Positions 23,841 to 37,934 of a stretch of DNA of 64,000 nt are shown piece by piece. The notes below the pieces were generated by a model. It was not told where the DNA came from. It worked only from the letters and a program-made list of their open reading frames with translations, and ran no database searches. The stretch comes from Octopus sinensis (lineage: Eukaryota), in the NCBI RefSeq assembly GCF_006345805.1, contig NC_042998.1, forward strand, positions 96,844,001 through 96,908,000. The letters run 5' to 3'. Position numbers and translations under genes: made by a program. Each line of letters starts with the position of its first letter. Within the stretch, counting starts at the first letter, position 1.

Positions 23841-24324
23841 CTTGAAAAATAAAAAAGAAAAGAACTTCTATGGGATTTGAACTCAGAATGTGAAGCTACA
23901 TAACACTGCAAGGAATTTTATCCGTGATTCTGTCGTTTCTACCAATCAACTTTCCTGATACTAATGTTATCAATCCCAAAAGAATGCAAGAGAAAGGCAG
24001 CTTCCGTGCGATTTGAACTCAAAATGTAATGAGGCGTGACTAAATACAGCTGGGAATTTTGATCCACGATTCTACTGTTAATAACAAATCGATCTCCTTG
24101 ATAAATGGTAACAAAATAAAGAATAAGAAATACAGAAAGAAACTGGAGCTATAACATTTTAAGTGTTTATCTCTCAAGACTAGTGGACAGCTTTCTACAT
24201 ATTTCTATTTAGTACGACACTTCATAACTTTAAGCGATCTTTCTGTATTTAGGTACATGATTGGACATGAAAGCTGGGTATGTACAAAAATAAACTCGAA
24301 TATACTAAGAAAGCGAAATGACTA

Positions 24325-24537
24325 AGTAAATGCTTAAAAGTAGGTTATTCAGCGTCATTATTATAGATTTGTGTTTTTATCTCTCAACAACATTTAGTCA
24401 ACTTATGAATGATACATCCGTCCAATCAAATACCCAGACGCATGCGTGAAAAGTTCATTCACTAAACGATACTGTTGAAAAATGAAAGCAGAAATCTATA
24501 ATAATGACGTTTAATAACCTACTTTTAAGCATTTACT
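24325..24537. mobile_element. MITE with 46-bp terminal inverted repeats
   Basis: AGTAAATGCTTAAAAGTAGGTTATT..CGTCATTATTATAGATTT at 24325 matches the reverse complement of 24492-24537 with 2 mismatches. Confidence 0.8.
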
Positions 24538-24959
24538 AATATTTACTCAATCATCGTTTTCTCAGGAATAGCCAAGTTTATTGTACATTGCCGTCTTTCA
24601 CTTTCACTTCTTCGCTTCTTAATCCTTGGAGTGAAATATCGCCGTGAATTGCATTGCGTGTAGAGCTAATTAGTTGTTAATTCGTTCAGCACTTTTGAAA
24701 GTAAAATTATTAAAATGAAAGCTTTGTGTGATCTTTATATACTACAGAAATCACTAGTCGCTGCTGTATATTTATTTCGTCACATGCATTTATTATTGAA
24801 CATTTGTTATCTGACCACAGTATAATGATAATAATCAACATGATGTTTATTTTCTACATTTCATTCATTACCCATCTCGTTGTCATGATGCTCTTTCATT
24901 AACATTCCATTTCTGAGACCTAGCACGCACATACGAATGTCTACACACAACGAACTCAC

Positions 24960-25000
24960 ATCGCGCGCTTGCGTGCACACAACACACACACACACACACA

Positions 25001-25097
<97 letters not shown>

Positions 25098-25105
25098 ACA
25101 TACAC
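24960..25105. repeat. (CA)n microsatellite
   Basis: Direct reading. Confidence 0.95.
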
Positions 25106-25109
25106 ATAG

Positions 25110-25800
25110 AGCAGACTTCAAATGATGTTGAAGTCATTTGCATTCAATAAGACCTTATGCCATTTGGGATACTAGACTGGACATTAAAGAATATCTGCAT
25201 CTTGAACATAAAGACTAAAATGCTACTAACAACTACTGGTAACTTCCACGTCAACAGTGACGCAGACAGCATCTGTGTGAAACAGAAAAATGGAGGCGGG
25301 GCATAAGATCAGTCTAGATGGCCTTTAAGAGTTATCATATCAGTACTCGACAACAAAAACAATAGCATCATAAGATTAGGTGAAGTCCTTCTGAATAGGT
25401 ACACTAAATCTACAGTTTTTCACATTAACTAAGAGTAGCTGGAATAACCTCCAAAACACTCATCATATCAGCAAGAAGTTGTGTATATCCTGCAAGCTAG
25501 AGAATACCAGCAACATTGACAGAAATAATAACCTCTCCTATGATACACCTCATCTAGAAAGTATGCTTTTTGCCACCCATGGACGAGAGGTAGCAACTAA
25601 ATACCTCACCAACAAAAGAGATAAGAATGATGCTTTTGAAACGCCACGTTTTTATAGAAAGTGTCAACTGTGCCTTACCAGTACCAGTGTAGGCGTTATC
25701 ACCCAGATCATCAGCAGCAGTTCAAAATAATCTACATGATATTAACTTCTCGTGATGGTACGTCCATCAGGACAATCATTCATGCTATTCGCAATCTGTA
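25110..25800 (+). mobile_element. R4/Dong-like (RLE-bearing) non-LTR retrotransposon remnant
   Basis: FGILDWTLKNICILNIKTKMLLTTTGNFHVNSDADSICVKQKNGG (post-RT region), then RKCQLCLTS..ITQIISS (CCHC finger); many stops. Confidence 0.65.
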
Positions 25801-28135
25801 AGCAGAACAGTAAAAATATGCAAGACTTTTCTCAAGTTCGTTTACGCCATATTTTTTGCAATGATAAAACCTTTGTAGTATTGTAAGAAACCAACCCCTT
25901 CTTTTCAAGAAGACTTCAAATAATTAAAGAAACCATACATTAGGATTTTCAAGCAACGAAAGAGACCGTTTACACTTTGCGATTACAATCAGTAAGTGAA
26001 ACAGTAAAAATAAACAAGACTTTCTCAGAATTTGATGTATAACAATTATCACTGCTGTTATCCAAATTCCACAGATAGTGCTTTGTTTCTTTTATTGGAA
26101 ACCAGCTCCTTCCTCCTCGGAAGAATACTGATAAAAAAAAAGTAGTCATATACACACACATCACGTAAAACACACGCGAAAACTGAAGCATAAATGATTT
26201 TATGATATGTGATGGTATTTTTTCTGTTTTCATACTTCATAAAATCCTTGTATAGCTTCTGACTAATTGTGTTGTATTACATGCTGATATCTTCCCTTGT
26301 AACTGCAAGATAAATGAGCAGTAGCGGAAAAATAAATCATCATGTTTGACATTATATTCAACAAGATTCGACTAAAAGTAAGATGTATTGTTAACAGGAG
26401 AAGGTGAAAGTGAATGCGTAACTGTGTAATCGAGCGTGTGCTGTATGTTTCTGTATCAGTTAAAAATATTATATTTCACTATTCTTACCATTACAAGTTA
26501 TATAATCAAAGTCATAGGAGAAAATTTCCATTGTTTTGATAGTATTAGCCTGTAAGGACCTATTCATATAAACAACACTGTAAAGCGATCCTGTCTAGTT
26601 TTCTGAATTACACAGCTAAATCCAATTAGATATAAATCATTTCAATGATTTTTACTTATTTTATATGAAATGCTTGTATTACTGTCACTAACAAAGGTTA
26701 TAACTCGCTTGGAATGATGATGCGTTATGACTCTGAGAATTCAACATATCAGCCACAAGAGAAACTGTAGGATCCAAAGACACTGATAAACAACGCAGCT
26801 TTTAGAAGAGGAATCATTTGATAGAGTAATGTTATCAAAGCTTGGCACCAATCTAAACTTTTAGTGACCTAATATTGTAGAACTATATATCTTCGAATAC
26901 ATTTTACTTCCATTGGAATTTTTGTATTGAATTTTCTGCACAGTCAATAATTATAACACTATCAAGATGCTTGGTTGCAGCTAATAACAAAAAATATATA
27001 AGAAGCTTTAATAAGATGGATTTTTTCACGATTAAGTTGGTATTGGAAAATTAAATTAATAATTAATAATTTGGGTGGCGATTATAATAATAAAATTTAT
27101 CGAGCTGATAATAAATCACATTGTTTTTGGTGAATTTATATGAGCTACGTATGTTATATATCTATATTAATAATCTATAATAATAAATGCCAAAACGAAT
27201 TTGTGTGTCAGTGTGTCACACTTTGACCCCGCCTCTCACCATTCAATGACACTTCCACTATTTCTTATGATGGGATGAGAGTAATAGTAGGCATAGAGAT
27301 GGTAGTAGATTGGCGGTTGTGATGGTAATGGGGTGATAGTAATAGTATGAGCTGCAATCGTGATAGAGGCGGAGGAGATAGTGATGATGGTGCTGGTGGT
27401 CAGTCAGGGATGACGGTGATAGTAAGTGATGCGAAAGATAGTGATGATGGTGGTGGAGTAAGCGATGTGAAAAACAGAGGTGATGGTGGTGGAAGGGAAA
27501 GCGGCGAAGTCTATTGATGGTGTTGGCGTCAGAAGTCTAAATGGTGTGTGTATGGCAGTTGTGGTGGTGATGGTTCAAAACAAAAGAGATAGAGAAAGAA
27601 GGAGGTTAGACAGAAAAAAAATTGTACTGACCCCTGAATGGGAAGACAAAAAATGTTGTTTATCATGCAACTTAGCAATAAGTTGCAAGCCGACAAATTA
27701 TATCATTGTTTTGATGAAAATTGTTCATTGCATGAAAAATATTGGTCAAGTTTAATAAAATTTAATATGTACTCTATGCATGAAGTGTCATTATTGGGCT
27801 CAAGGCCCAATGAAGAGCCCTCCACGCGTGTGTGTGTGTGTGAAATTTATTTTGTTGATATCTACGCTGCTAATTAGAGTTCTCTCATACGTTTCGACAG
27901 ATAGCCAATTATCAAAACTTGCAGCCTGACGAAACATTCTTAACTTGGTAACTCTGAGTAGCGGTGTAGATGGCATCAGCCAAAATAATCGTTTTAATCT
28001 ACATGGCTGTGTAAAGAAGAAGCTCACTTTCCAGCTATGCCACCCTAATACCTTTGCTGCCCGGGGCCCTTGAGTTTGCCAACCCTCCACACACACACAC
28101 ATACATACACACACAGGCCTTCAAGGTCTATACAG

Positions 28136-28391
28136 CAGTGATTCTCAGCCATTTTTGGCCTATGGAACACTTTGATACCTATTTTGCTCTACTGGACCTC
28201 CATAGCCATCTGATGTGTATATATATATATATAAACCTCCTGTGTGATTAAATATTAATAGGAATTGTATAAAATATTTTGTTAAAATATTTTGTGTGTT
28301 GTAGAAGTATAACCAATTTATTGCACATAAATTTTAGTCAAATTTTATATGGATCCCCAAAAGCCATATGGGCCCCGGTTGAGAATCTCTG
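28136..28391. mobile_element. hAT (Charlie-like) MITE
   Basis: TIR CAGTGATTCTCA / TGAGAATCTCTG; 8-bp flanks CTATACAG/CTGTGCAG; same family as 34806-35362. Confidence 0.7.
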
Positions 28392-29538
28392 CTGTGCAGG
28401 CTCATACAACAGACTCAAAAACGTCGCCCAGGGCGGACCACCCCACATTCCTACCAATGCAATGCAACTGGATTGATACATTGGATAATATAGTCAAGGA
28501 TATTGTGAGTTTAAATAATAACAAGAAGAATGCTACAGATGCCAGCCAAGCTACAAAACCTGCCAGAAATAACAGCCAAATGTCTCTCATATATCTCTTA
28601 AATCAGACAAAAAGCATTAACAACCATTTACAAGTTAAGTAAGGAAACGCTTGATCTGTTAGAAATAGCAACTGTATCGTTCTCAAAGTATACAATAGGT
28701 TTTAAAGAACAATAAAGGAATGACATTTTGGATGATATTATCTGAGATAAGCTGGCTGGAAAGACGAGACGGTCACGACTAGAGCATTTTTATCTTAGGT
28801 CGATCACGGTTAACTTGGGAACTAACTGAACAACAACAGTAGCAAATGTCAATATTATACAATCTTATCTATCATTCTTGGTAATTTTAGAAAGTCAAAT
28901 TAAAATGCATGTTGGAAAATTTCATTCTTTTCCCAATGGCAATTGTTGTATACAGATTATTTTAAAATGCCTTCGTTTTCAGTGAGATATTTTTAATGTT
29001 GTATGGTTTTTGTCTTTCAATTTCCGTTGGAATACTGATATCATTTTCCCAACATTGCTCATATTATCAGGAAAAGATTGGATGTCTCATAAGAATTAAA
29101 ATGGGCATCCTTTTTCTAAGTGTTATGGCGACCACTGTATCATTCATGTTGTCGTATCATGCATTTTATATTTACTTAGTCATATGACTCAATCTAATGC
29201 TCACGTGACTAAAACAATTTAACATGATTAAAGTTTGATGTGAGATAGTTAGATTTCCCTTTCTGGAAGAAAAGAGCTTCGTATCATTATTTTACTTGGA
29301 TTAATGTTTCACTATGCGGTTTCATTGCTGTGACTTGGGATATAAAATTAGAAAAATTGATCACTGCACAATTTACGCATCTTGTATACTCTGACCACAG
29401 CAGGCTCCAACGACTATTTTTACCAAATATGCACGTTGCTATTGTCTATTATTGATCGAAAGTACATTATAGTAAGCACAGCAAACAGGATTCCGAATAA
29501 TGATTACTGTTATCTTTGAAGTATTATTGTATGAATGC

Positions 29539-29945
29539 ATATCTTCCATTTGTACAAGACAGTGAAGGATTATTTATAGTTTATTATTTGAAAACTATTT
29601 ACAAAACAAATATTGGAAATCTCATTTAATTTGTTTAATGGTTACTTTTATCACTCTAATTTTATTATAAGCGTATCTTCCAATCACACAAGACAGTGAA
29701 GGTTTACAGTTGATTATCACTTGAAAAACTTATACAAAACGAACAAATATTGAAACTCTCATTGAAAATTGCATAATGTCAGAAAAATTGTTTAATGGTT
29801 AGTTTTATCACTAATCTTATACGTGTATCTTTCAATTGTACAAAACAGTGAAGAATTATTGTTGATTTATCATTTGAAAAATATTTACAGAACGAACAAA
29901 TATTAGTGAACTCATTGAGAAGTGCTTTATGTGAGGAAAATTATC
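29539..29945. repeat. Three diverged tandem copies of a 134-152-bp unit
   Basis: Units start at ~29539, 29673 and 29825 with TATCTT(C/T)CA....ACAA(G/A)ACAGTGAAG. Confidence 0.8.
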
Positions 29946-30180
29946 ATCCATCATGTGCTTTAAAAAAACAGTTTGAGCCAGTTCTATTGCTATTCAAATT
30001 TCAGTAAAACAGTTTCAATTCAACACATAGATTATGCATAGGTTATATGCAATTTTGCTCTAAATAATACATTTGTGCATTTCGTTTTCGTATTAGGTTT
30101 GCAAAATTTTCATTTGAACTCGTGTGTTGAAATATTTTCTGTTGTATCTCAGGGCGGTCATTATGCCAATAATTGTAGCG

Positions 30181-30314
<134 letters not shown>

Positions 30315-30333
30315 ATATATACATGAATACGGA

Positions 30334-31774
30334 TGTAGTAGATAACAGCTAGCCTTCGGCTGCCCTTTTGGACCCTGTTGTATCCACTACTCTGATTGTC
30401 TGATTGGTTGGTATTGGCGCAATTTATCTCTTGCTCTATTACGCGTCAATGTGCAACCCAACGAATCGCAACCTTCTGATAAGAGAGTCTCTTCCAAACA
30501 TTCCGGTGAGCCGATAGCATGGTATAAAATGCTAGCTTTAACACCGAGTCGAGGTTAGTCGGTTCCAGACCTTTTTAGGTCTAACCGCTGACCACACAGG
30601 ACACAGCCAGTTCCAGCGACAACAGCCCGCAGCAGCCACATGGAGACTTATCAACACTCGTCCAACAGCATCGGCAATCTCCTTCGTCGCCTCCGTCATC
30701 TTAACGTCGTCAACATCTTTCTAAGTACACAGCAACCACCAACCCTCGTACAGTTATTATCTCGACACTGCTCGTGAATTATTTCACCATGGTTAACAGC
30801 AAACACAACCTGCGAGAACCTTCTGTGCCAAGTAACCCGGCAGTAGCATTGTAGCCACTACTTCGTACAACACATACCGCACAGGCTCTGCTTCTTCACC
30901 TCAACTTCTTGTTACCACACTTCAACTATCGTGTACCTCGACTACGAACTGGTATTTATCTTCCTTGTGTCTGAACATTCTTCTAGCGTCCTATTATAGA
31001 CTCTTTCAATACTCTGTACTTATCACACACGCATACATCCTTGTTTGTACGAATACACTTTGTATACATGACGGCTTGTCTATTATTATGCACTAGCAGT
31101 ATCGCCCAGCGTTGCTCGGGTTTGTAAGGGAAATAACTATATAAGCATTTTTATAGATGCCAATTCGGGCTTTCTTAGCCATTTCTGTTTTGGTGTCTTC
31201 AAGCCATGAAGTCGTTGTTCTAAAAGAACGCTGGTCTCCTTGACAACGCTTTACGACGTTGATTTCCTTACACTCCCTTCCCCACAGCTTCACGAGGGAG
31301 GGAAGAAGGGGGAGAAGCAAACAGGTGCAGGTGTGACCATGGACGCCAACTCCGCCGCCATCGACACACGAAAAATTATGCATTAAAATGGAATAAAAAA
31401 TGATGTTAAATTATTTTTAAAATCGTAGACTCATCGTAGACGCGCGCTAATACTCAGACAGGCTCGATATGAATCACGACTATAGGATACCCGAATTTGG
31501 TTAAACTGCACCGCAAAATGTGGGAGTAGTTAGGAATCTACAGTTTTATATATACAACTACAGTTTTATATATATAGATATATGACGCACACACAGACAG
31601 ACACACATGTTAACCTATCAATAAAATCTTTCTCTTAAACATTCTACCGATTGTGTCGCCTGTTTTCCTTCTGGCACTTGCACTCATTCATCCTTTTCGT
31701 ATATATTGTACTCGAACGTGTGGTGTATTAAAGGAGTCATTCGCGTCACCTCTCCTTCGCACAGTCGTTCTACA
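30334..31774 (+). mobile_element. Probable solo LTR (~950 bp) interrupted by a Helitron-like element
   Basis: TGTAG...CTACA ends, TATAAAA near 30523, AATAAA near 31621, homology to 11270-11560; no clean TSD. Confidence 0.55.
31092..31579 (+). mobile_element. Helitron/Helentron-like non-autonomous element
   Basis: 5' ACTAGCAGTATCGCCC..GTTGCTCGGG, 3' TATATATAGAT; removing it restores continuity with the 11.4-kb LTR copy. Confidence 0.75.
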
Positions 31775-32344
31775 TAATAAACACACACACCGGTTCCTTT
31801 TCACTCCTTTATTTTTGTTTGTCAACTGGTTAACCATTTAACCAATTATTTGATTAATCGTTCAGTTAGTCAATTGGTCAGCTAGGTTTTTTTTTTCTTT
31901 TCAAAATTTTATCACTGCCATTTGCGATCTCATCAAAGACATATTCTCTCTACTCCAGATCTGTTTCAAGCCTGTCTATCTTTCTACATATGTTTAGAAA
32001 TAGTGATCAGAAGTGCTGTCCAATGCTCCATAAATAAATTAGCTGGGTTTTCTGTTAATACCATAGCTGGTCTAAGTTCAGCTATAAACAACAACCTCCA
32101 AACACAAGCAGAACAGTTTGGGATACAGTAAACCATTATTATATTAATAAAATAATACAATTCTTTAACGAAAGATGCTCAAATCTTTGTCCAGTAAGTT
32201 TCCTTGTACTTCTTTCAACCTTTTTTTTTTACTGTTAAGCCATTTTGATCTAATTTACATGTTTGCAACCCATTTTTGCTTGTAATCCTTCACAGGGGTG
32301 CTAAGTTTGAGGGTTTCTATTTTTTTTTTTGTTTGTTTGTTTTT

Positions 32345-32900
32345 TTACTCAATATAAGGAGGCCTTGGGCCAAAATTGGTTTTCACCATCATATTCGTTT
32401 TTAGGTACAAATAACTTGCGATTTTAAAATTTTACAGAGGAGATTTGCTGGGTTATTTTTAACAAATTGATGTCAGACATGGTTTGCCAACAAAAATTCT
32501 ACTCTGGATTTTTGATAAAGTGAAAAAATTTTTCATGTCCACAATAGATTATGTAGAACGTTTTTGAGTAACTCTTCAATACTTAATATGTTTGTTTATT
32601 TTTTCATATTAATCTGTCAGATCCATCAAATCCATGCCAGGACCAAAATGTTTCCATGAACATTATAAATGTTCACCTAAGTTGCCATCAGCTTGTTTAG
32701 GCAGAGCAAATTCAGACTGGTTGCATATGTAGTTTTCAAAGGAAGAAATTATTACTTCATGATAAATAGCACTAAAACTTCTGCAATCTATGACAAATTG
32801 ATTTCCTTTGATAAGCCTGCTGTCTTTCATCTACTATAGCTTAGTGTTAGCTCTGTTTTACTCAGTTCAGGAGCAGTGCTTTCTCTCACTTTATTCCATC
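32345..32900 (-). mobile_element. Degenerate DNA-transposon-like coding remnant and terminus, family unassigned
   Basis: Frame AIYHEVIISSFENYICNQSEFALPKQADGNLGEHL*CSWKHFGPGMDLMDL reads like a decayed protein; no family recognised. Confidence 0.3.
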
Positions 32901-33239
32901 CCAAAATCTCTCACTTATGGTAACCATTATTATTACTATTATTATTATTATGGGGCAAGGTTGTCGGCAGTATATATATGCTTCAGAGTTGTAAATATAT
33001 TTTTAGCTATATAGGTCAGTCGTTCTGGTTGTCACCATCTAATGTTAGTAGTTAAGTAATTACAACTAAATACATTAAAAATGTACTTGGTTGTAATTCA
33101 TAAGCCTTCTCTTTCCACTTCCTTTAGATAGGGTCCTCCCATATTGAAAAAAAAAATAGCAAGTCAGAAATGACCCCAAAGAAGGGAATCTATCAGTCTT
33201 TGACCAAGGGTTGACAAAAACTGTATGAGGGAAGGCATT

Positions 33240-33272
33240 GGTAGCAGTAGCAGCAGCAGTAACAGTAGCAGC

Positions 33273-33338
<66 letters not shown>
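33240..33338. repeat. (CAG/TAG)n trinucleotide repeat
   Basis: Direct reading. Confidence 0.95.
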
Positions 33339-33339
<1 letters not shown>

Positions 33340-33454
33340 ACATTAATGTTAAAAAGGAAACAAGGCCAAATTTGACATTTAAAAATTTTGTAGATTTCAC
33401 AAACATCACAAAAAAACTTTAAAACAGAATTCAAAACAAATTTCACAATAGTAA

Positions 33455-33698
33455 CTCTTTAACATTCACACTGATCATATCTGGTCCAAATATTCTACCT
33501 GTTTTTTGTTCAAACTGGCCGGATCTGGCCTCTGACTCCTACCCTGCCATGACAATCACATGGTAGGGTAGGACAATCACATGGTAGGGTAGGACAATCA
33601 TATCATTGAAATCTCAAAGGTATAGGATAACACTTTAATTCAAAGCAATGTCAATAAACAAACATTATACTTCATGAAGTAACCTGAATGCTAAAGGG
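33455..33698. mobile_element. piggyBac-type MITE; same family at 50502-50714 and 59375-59595
   Basis: (T)TAA-C(C/T)CTTTA(G/A)CATTCA...TGAATGCTAAAGGG-TTA ends; three related copies. Confidence 0.7.
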
Positions 33699-34805
33699 TT
33701 AGATACAGACACTGAAATTCAACACTTCAGCTTAAAATAGATTTTTTTTATTTTATCAACCAGTCAAAACAAGTGAAAATAAAAGAAACCAGTTTAAATG
33801 AGACTTACAAAATTTCCTCCACAACTCCTTTCCTGAACCTCATACTATTCCCCTTCATTACTTGAAGCTCTATTCATCAAGCATTCAATGAAGAAATATA
33901 CATTCTTGATGTGGTAGCATTTTGAGTTCTTTCCTTGATATTGGCTTACTAGTGATTCTGATAAACGTTCACACACACATGCACACTAGTACACATGTAT
34001 ATACATATATACATACATATATATATATTTATTTATTTATTTATTCATTGGCCTGGTCACTTAGCCAGTGGGGTGGCGTCATTTGAAGGCTAAAACAATG
34101 CAAAGTGCATTGTGACAAGCGATGTGTAGCAACATCTGATAGCCTGGTCGGTCACATGTATATATATATAATATAGACTGACAGAACAAATACCAAGCTT
34201 TAAAAAACAAGTAGTAGGGCTGATTCATTTGATTATAGTTCTTCAAGATGATGCCCCAGCATGGCCACAGTCTAATAATTGAAACATATATCCTAATACA
34301 TATACACATATCATACACACACACACAAAGACACACACACACATGCACACAAATACACACACAAAGATAACACATTATAGATTTATAAACAGTAATGGGC
34401 ATTTAGCTTTTTATAAAGGTTACATTCTGGCGGTTGAGATGGTTCAGATTGCAGCTTCCTCAAATTGTAAACTACTGAGAATGATTGAGGTTAATTATAT
34501 TGTGTCAGGACTTCTTTCAAACTGTTCCTCCCTTTGTCAGTTAGTTCATTGTTAGATATCATTGGTATACATACATGCATGCATGCATACATACATAGCA
34601 TTCACAAATATTTGGTTACTACAAAACACATCAAAAAGTAGAGTTCATGAAAAGGCTATGATTAAATACAGTGTTTCCATATTATTCAGCAGTTACAGCA
34701 CAATATAGGACAGATAAATAAAAATTATCAAAAACTAGTTCTGACCTGACCTACTTATTACTAATGTAGATTCATCAAATCTTAATCCCATCATAGACCA
34801 TAGAC

Positions 34806-35362
34806 CAGTGGTTCTCAACTATTCTGGTGGACCCCCATAGCCATTTTATGCTTATCTCCTAGCAGACAGGAAGTGATACTGACCACATTGAAACATTGTG
34901 TATGTGAGCAGTGCAATGTCTCAATTTGTGCAGCACCATGTTTTCAAATAAACCACTCTAAGAAGAATCTGTAAATACACAGTAAAATTTCTTGTATGAA
35001 AAATTATGTAGTTACTGAACAGCCTAACACTGGTACACAGCACAGACTGTCAGTACTAAATCTGTCTGCAAGGGGTTAAAAACTAGCTTTATAGATACTT
35101 CTTTCAAAATTCTTCTCTTTTTCACTCATATACTTGTGTGGGTTTGCAATAGCCAGTGTCTGAGAGAACATTTTTCAGTGGCTGGAAGCATGTTGAATTA
35201 TGTAAAATGTTAAAGAAAGAAACTTATTTGTTTCTAGTAATACATAAATATATCTTATATATTTTTTCATGGACTCTTAAAATACTACTGAAGGTCCACT
35301 ATTTACTATTTTGTATGCATGGACCCCAAAAATCTTATATGGGCCCTAGTTGAGAATCACTG
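34806..35362. mobile_element. hAT (Charlie-like) non-autonomous element
   Basis: TIR CAGTGGTTCTCAAC / GTTGAGAATCACTG; 8-bp TSD CCATAGAC/CCATAGAT. Confidence 0.85.
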
Positions 35363-35854
35363 CCATAGATAGATGAGTGAATTTTCAACGCATAAAATCA
35401 TCAACCAGTTCTATATTACTTTTACATTTACTGGTTTCAACCAGAGGCTGTGGCCATGTTAGGGCACTGCCTTTAGTGTGACTGGTTTTTCTTATTTCAC
35501 ACTCATTTCCTGGCCCTCACTTCGAAACAGTTGCTACTGAAGAATTTGACAGAGCTACTATTCTTTGTGTTTCTTGCTGTGATATGGGCTCATTTGGTAC
35601 CTCAGATAAAAATTTTATCCAAATGTTCATTGAACATATTCACATCTAGAGCTCACAAATTTCTCAGTATATTTAGCAGAGTGTTAATGTCATTAACATT
35701 TCCATTTTAGAAAATGCAATATACACGTCCCTCACGCTCCATAATATAATTTGATACATGACCAGACATGCTTCCACAAACAACTGGAAATGAAGGACAC
35801 TGCTTTATAACAATCAAATTAGTTTAAACAAGGATGCAGTAACATACATACATG

Positions 35855-37250
35855 CACATCAAACTCCTGGACCAGGTGATGAAAATTACAGAGAGAGTTT
35901 AGCCCAATTAATTAGAAGCAGAATTTGGCTAGATGAAATGCAATTCAGCTTTGTCTGGGGAAGAAGCACAACTGATACTATTTTCATAGTCAAATAACTG
36001 CAAGAGAAGCATTTAACTAAGAATAAATTATTATACCTGGCATTCGTTGATCTAGAGAGAGCCTTCAGTAGAGTGTCCTGTAGTATGATATGGTAGGCTC
36101 TAAGGAGGCTAGGGATAGGAGTGACTGGTAAAAGCTGTACAGGTCATGTACAAAGATGCGGTCAGTAAGGTGAGAGTTAACCATGAGTACAGCAAAGAAT
36201 TTGATGTACAGGTAGGGGTTCCTCAAGGCTCAGTTCTTAGTCCCCTCCTTTTCATCATTGGCCTCCAGGCCATAACAGAGGAATTCAAGACCAGCTATAT
36301 TCTGATAATATAGCCTTTGTAGCAGATACTATATCAGAACTAGAAGAGAAATTCCAGGTATGAAAGCAAAACTTGGAATCTAAGGGCTTTAAGGTTAACT
36401 CAGCCAAGACAAAGGTCCTAGTAAGCAAGAAAACTGACAGGACCCTACCCCTGCCCATGTAGGTGGCTCTGTTCAATTCATAGGAAAGGTGTAGGTAGGA
36501 ACTCCATATGGTGTACCCAGTGTAAGCTGTGAACACACAAGAGGTTCAGTGGGTTAAAAGGAAGGTTATCAGAGAAGGTAGTGTTTATATGTGGAAGATG
36601 CACAGGATCCATAAAAACTTTAGAGATTGGGAAATTGATTCTTTCAAATACCCTGGTGACACATTAGAGATAGTAAATAATTTCTGATATCTAGGACACC
36701 AAATTAGTATAGGAGGAGGATGCACAGTGAGTGTGATGGCTAAAATAAGAATAGGATGGAGGAAAATCTGAGAGCTGTTACTTCTGTTGGCCACAAAAGG
36801 TTTCTCTCTCCAAGTGAAAGGAAGATTGTATGATGCACGTATACAGACAGCAATTCTACATGGTAGTGAAATGTGGACCCTGAATGCAGAGGACATGTGA
36901 AGGTTAGAAAGGAGTGAGGCTAGTATGCTCTGCTGGATGTTAATGTAAGTGTATATGTTTGACAGAGTGCAAGTGTTTTGAGAGGGAAGTTAGGTATAAG
37001 AAGAATTTGTTGCTGTGTGCAAGAAAGAAGACTGTGCTAGTTTAATTGTGTGATGCAGATGGATACTGAGAGCTCCATAAAGAAGTGCTGGTCTTTCAAA
37101 GTGGATGGAACACATGGAAGTGGAGAGACTCAGGAAGACATGGGACGAAGTACTGAAGAACAACCTCAGGACACTGAACCTTTCCGGTGAGATGACAAAG
37201 GACTGAAAGGCCTGGTGCCTTGCTTTACTCAAGAAGACCTGTACTCCACA
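35855..37250 (+). mobile_element. RTE-clade LINE, 5'-truncated, with degenerate RT
   Basis: KLLDQVMKITERV..QFSFV..STTDTIF..YLAFVDLERAF..GVPQGSVLSPLLF; colinear with 42425-44030. Confidence 0.9.
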
Positions 37251-37934
37251 GCAGAAGTGTTAAGACCAGTCTTTCTGGTGATGTAAATCTCTCATGGCAG
37301 TGCTACATAGAAGTGCCCATGTGGTGCCATATAAAAATGCCTATGTAGTGTCATGTGACAATGCCCATGTAGTACCACATAAAAGGAGATCATCAGGATT
37401 TGGATATAAATTTTTAAGAATTCCATCCTATGTGAGAGATTCATCATGAATGTTATACCATTTGTGGGTATGTGTGTGTTGAAAAAGAATCTGGAGTTGA
37501 ATTTGTATTCTTGGGTTTTGGGAAGAGGATCTTTTGAGAGTGGCTGAGATGTTCTTTGTTACTATGAATGTGTGTGTGTGTGTGTGCGTATGTATGGAAG
37601 GCTTCTTTCAGTTTTCATCTCCCAAATCCATTCACAAGCCTTTGGTTAGCCTGGGCAGATGATACTTGCTCCAAGTTCCACACAGTGATACTGAACTTGA
37701 AACCATGTGGTTGGGGAACAAACTTCTTACCACACAGCCATACTTGTTTCATGCAATTAACATTACCTGTACTAAATTGCTAAGGTAATATAGTTCTGAC
37801 TGATCGGTTCCTTTGATGTGAATCATTTCCTACAAAGAAAGCTAATAAGCAGGACAAGTATTTGAATGACTTGGGAATATAGCATTTCAAAAAAGTTTTA
37901 TTTAGAATAGATGAAAAATTTGGCAAAAACCATG

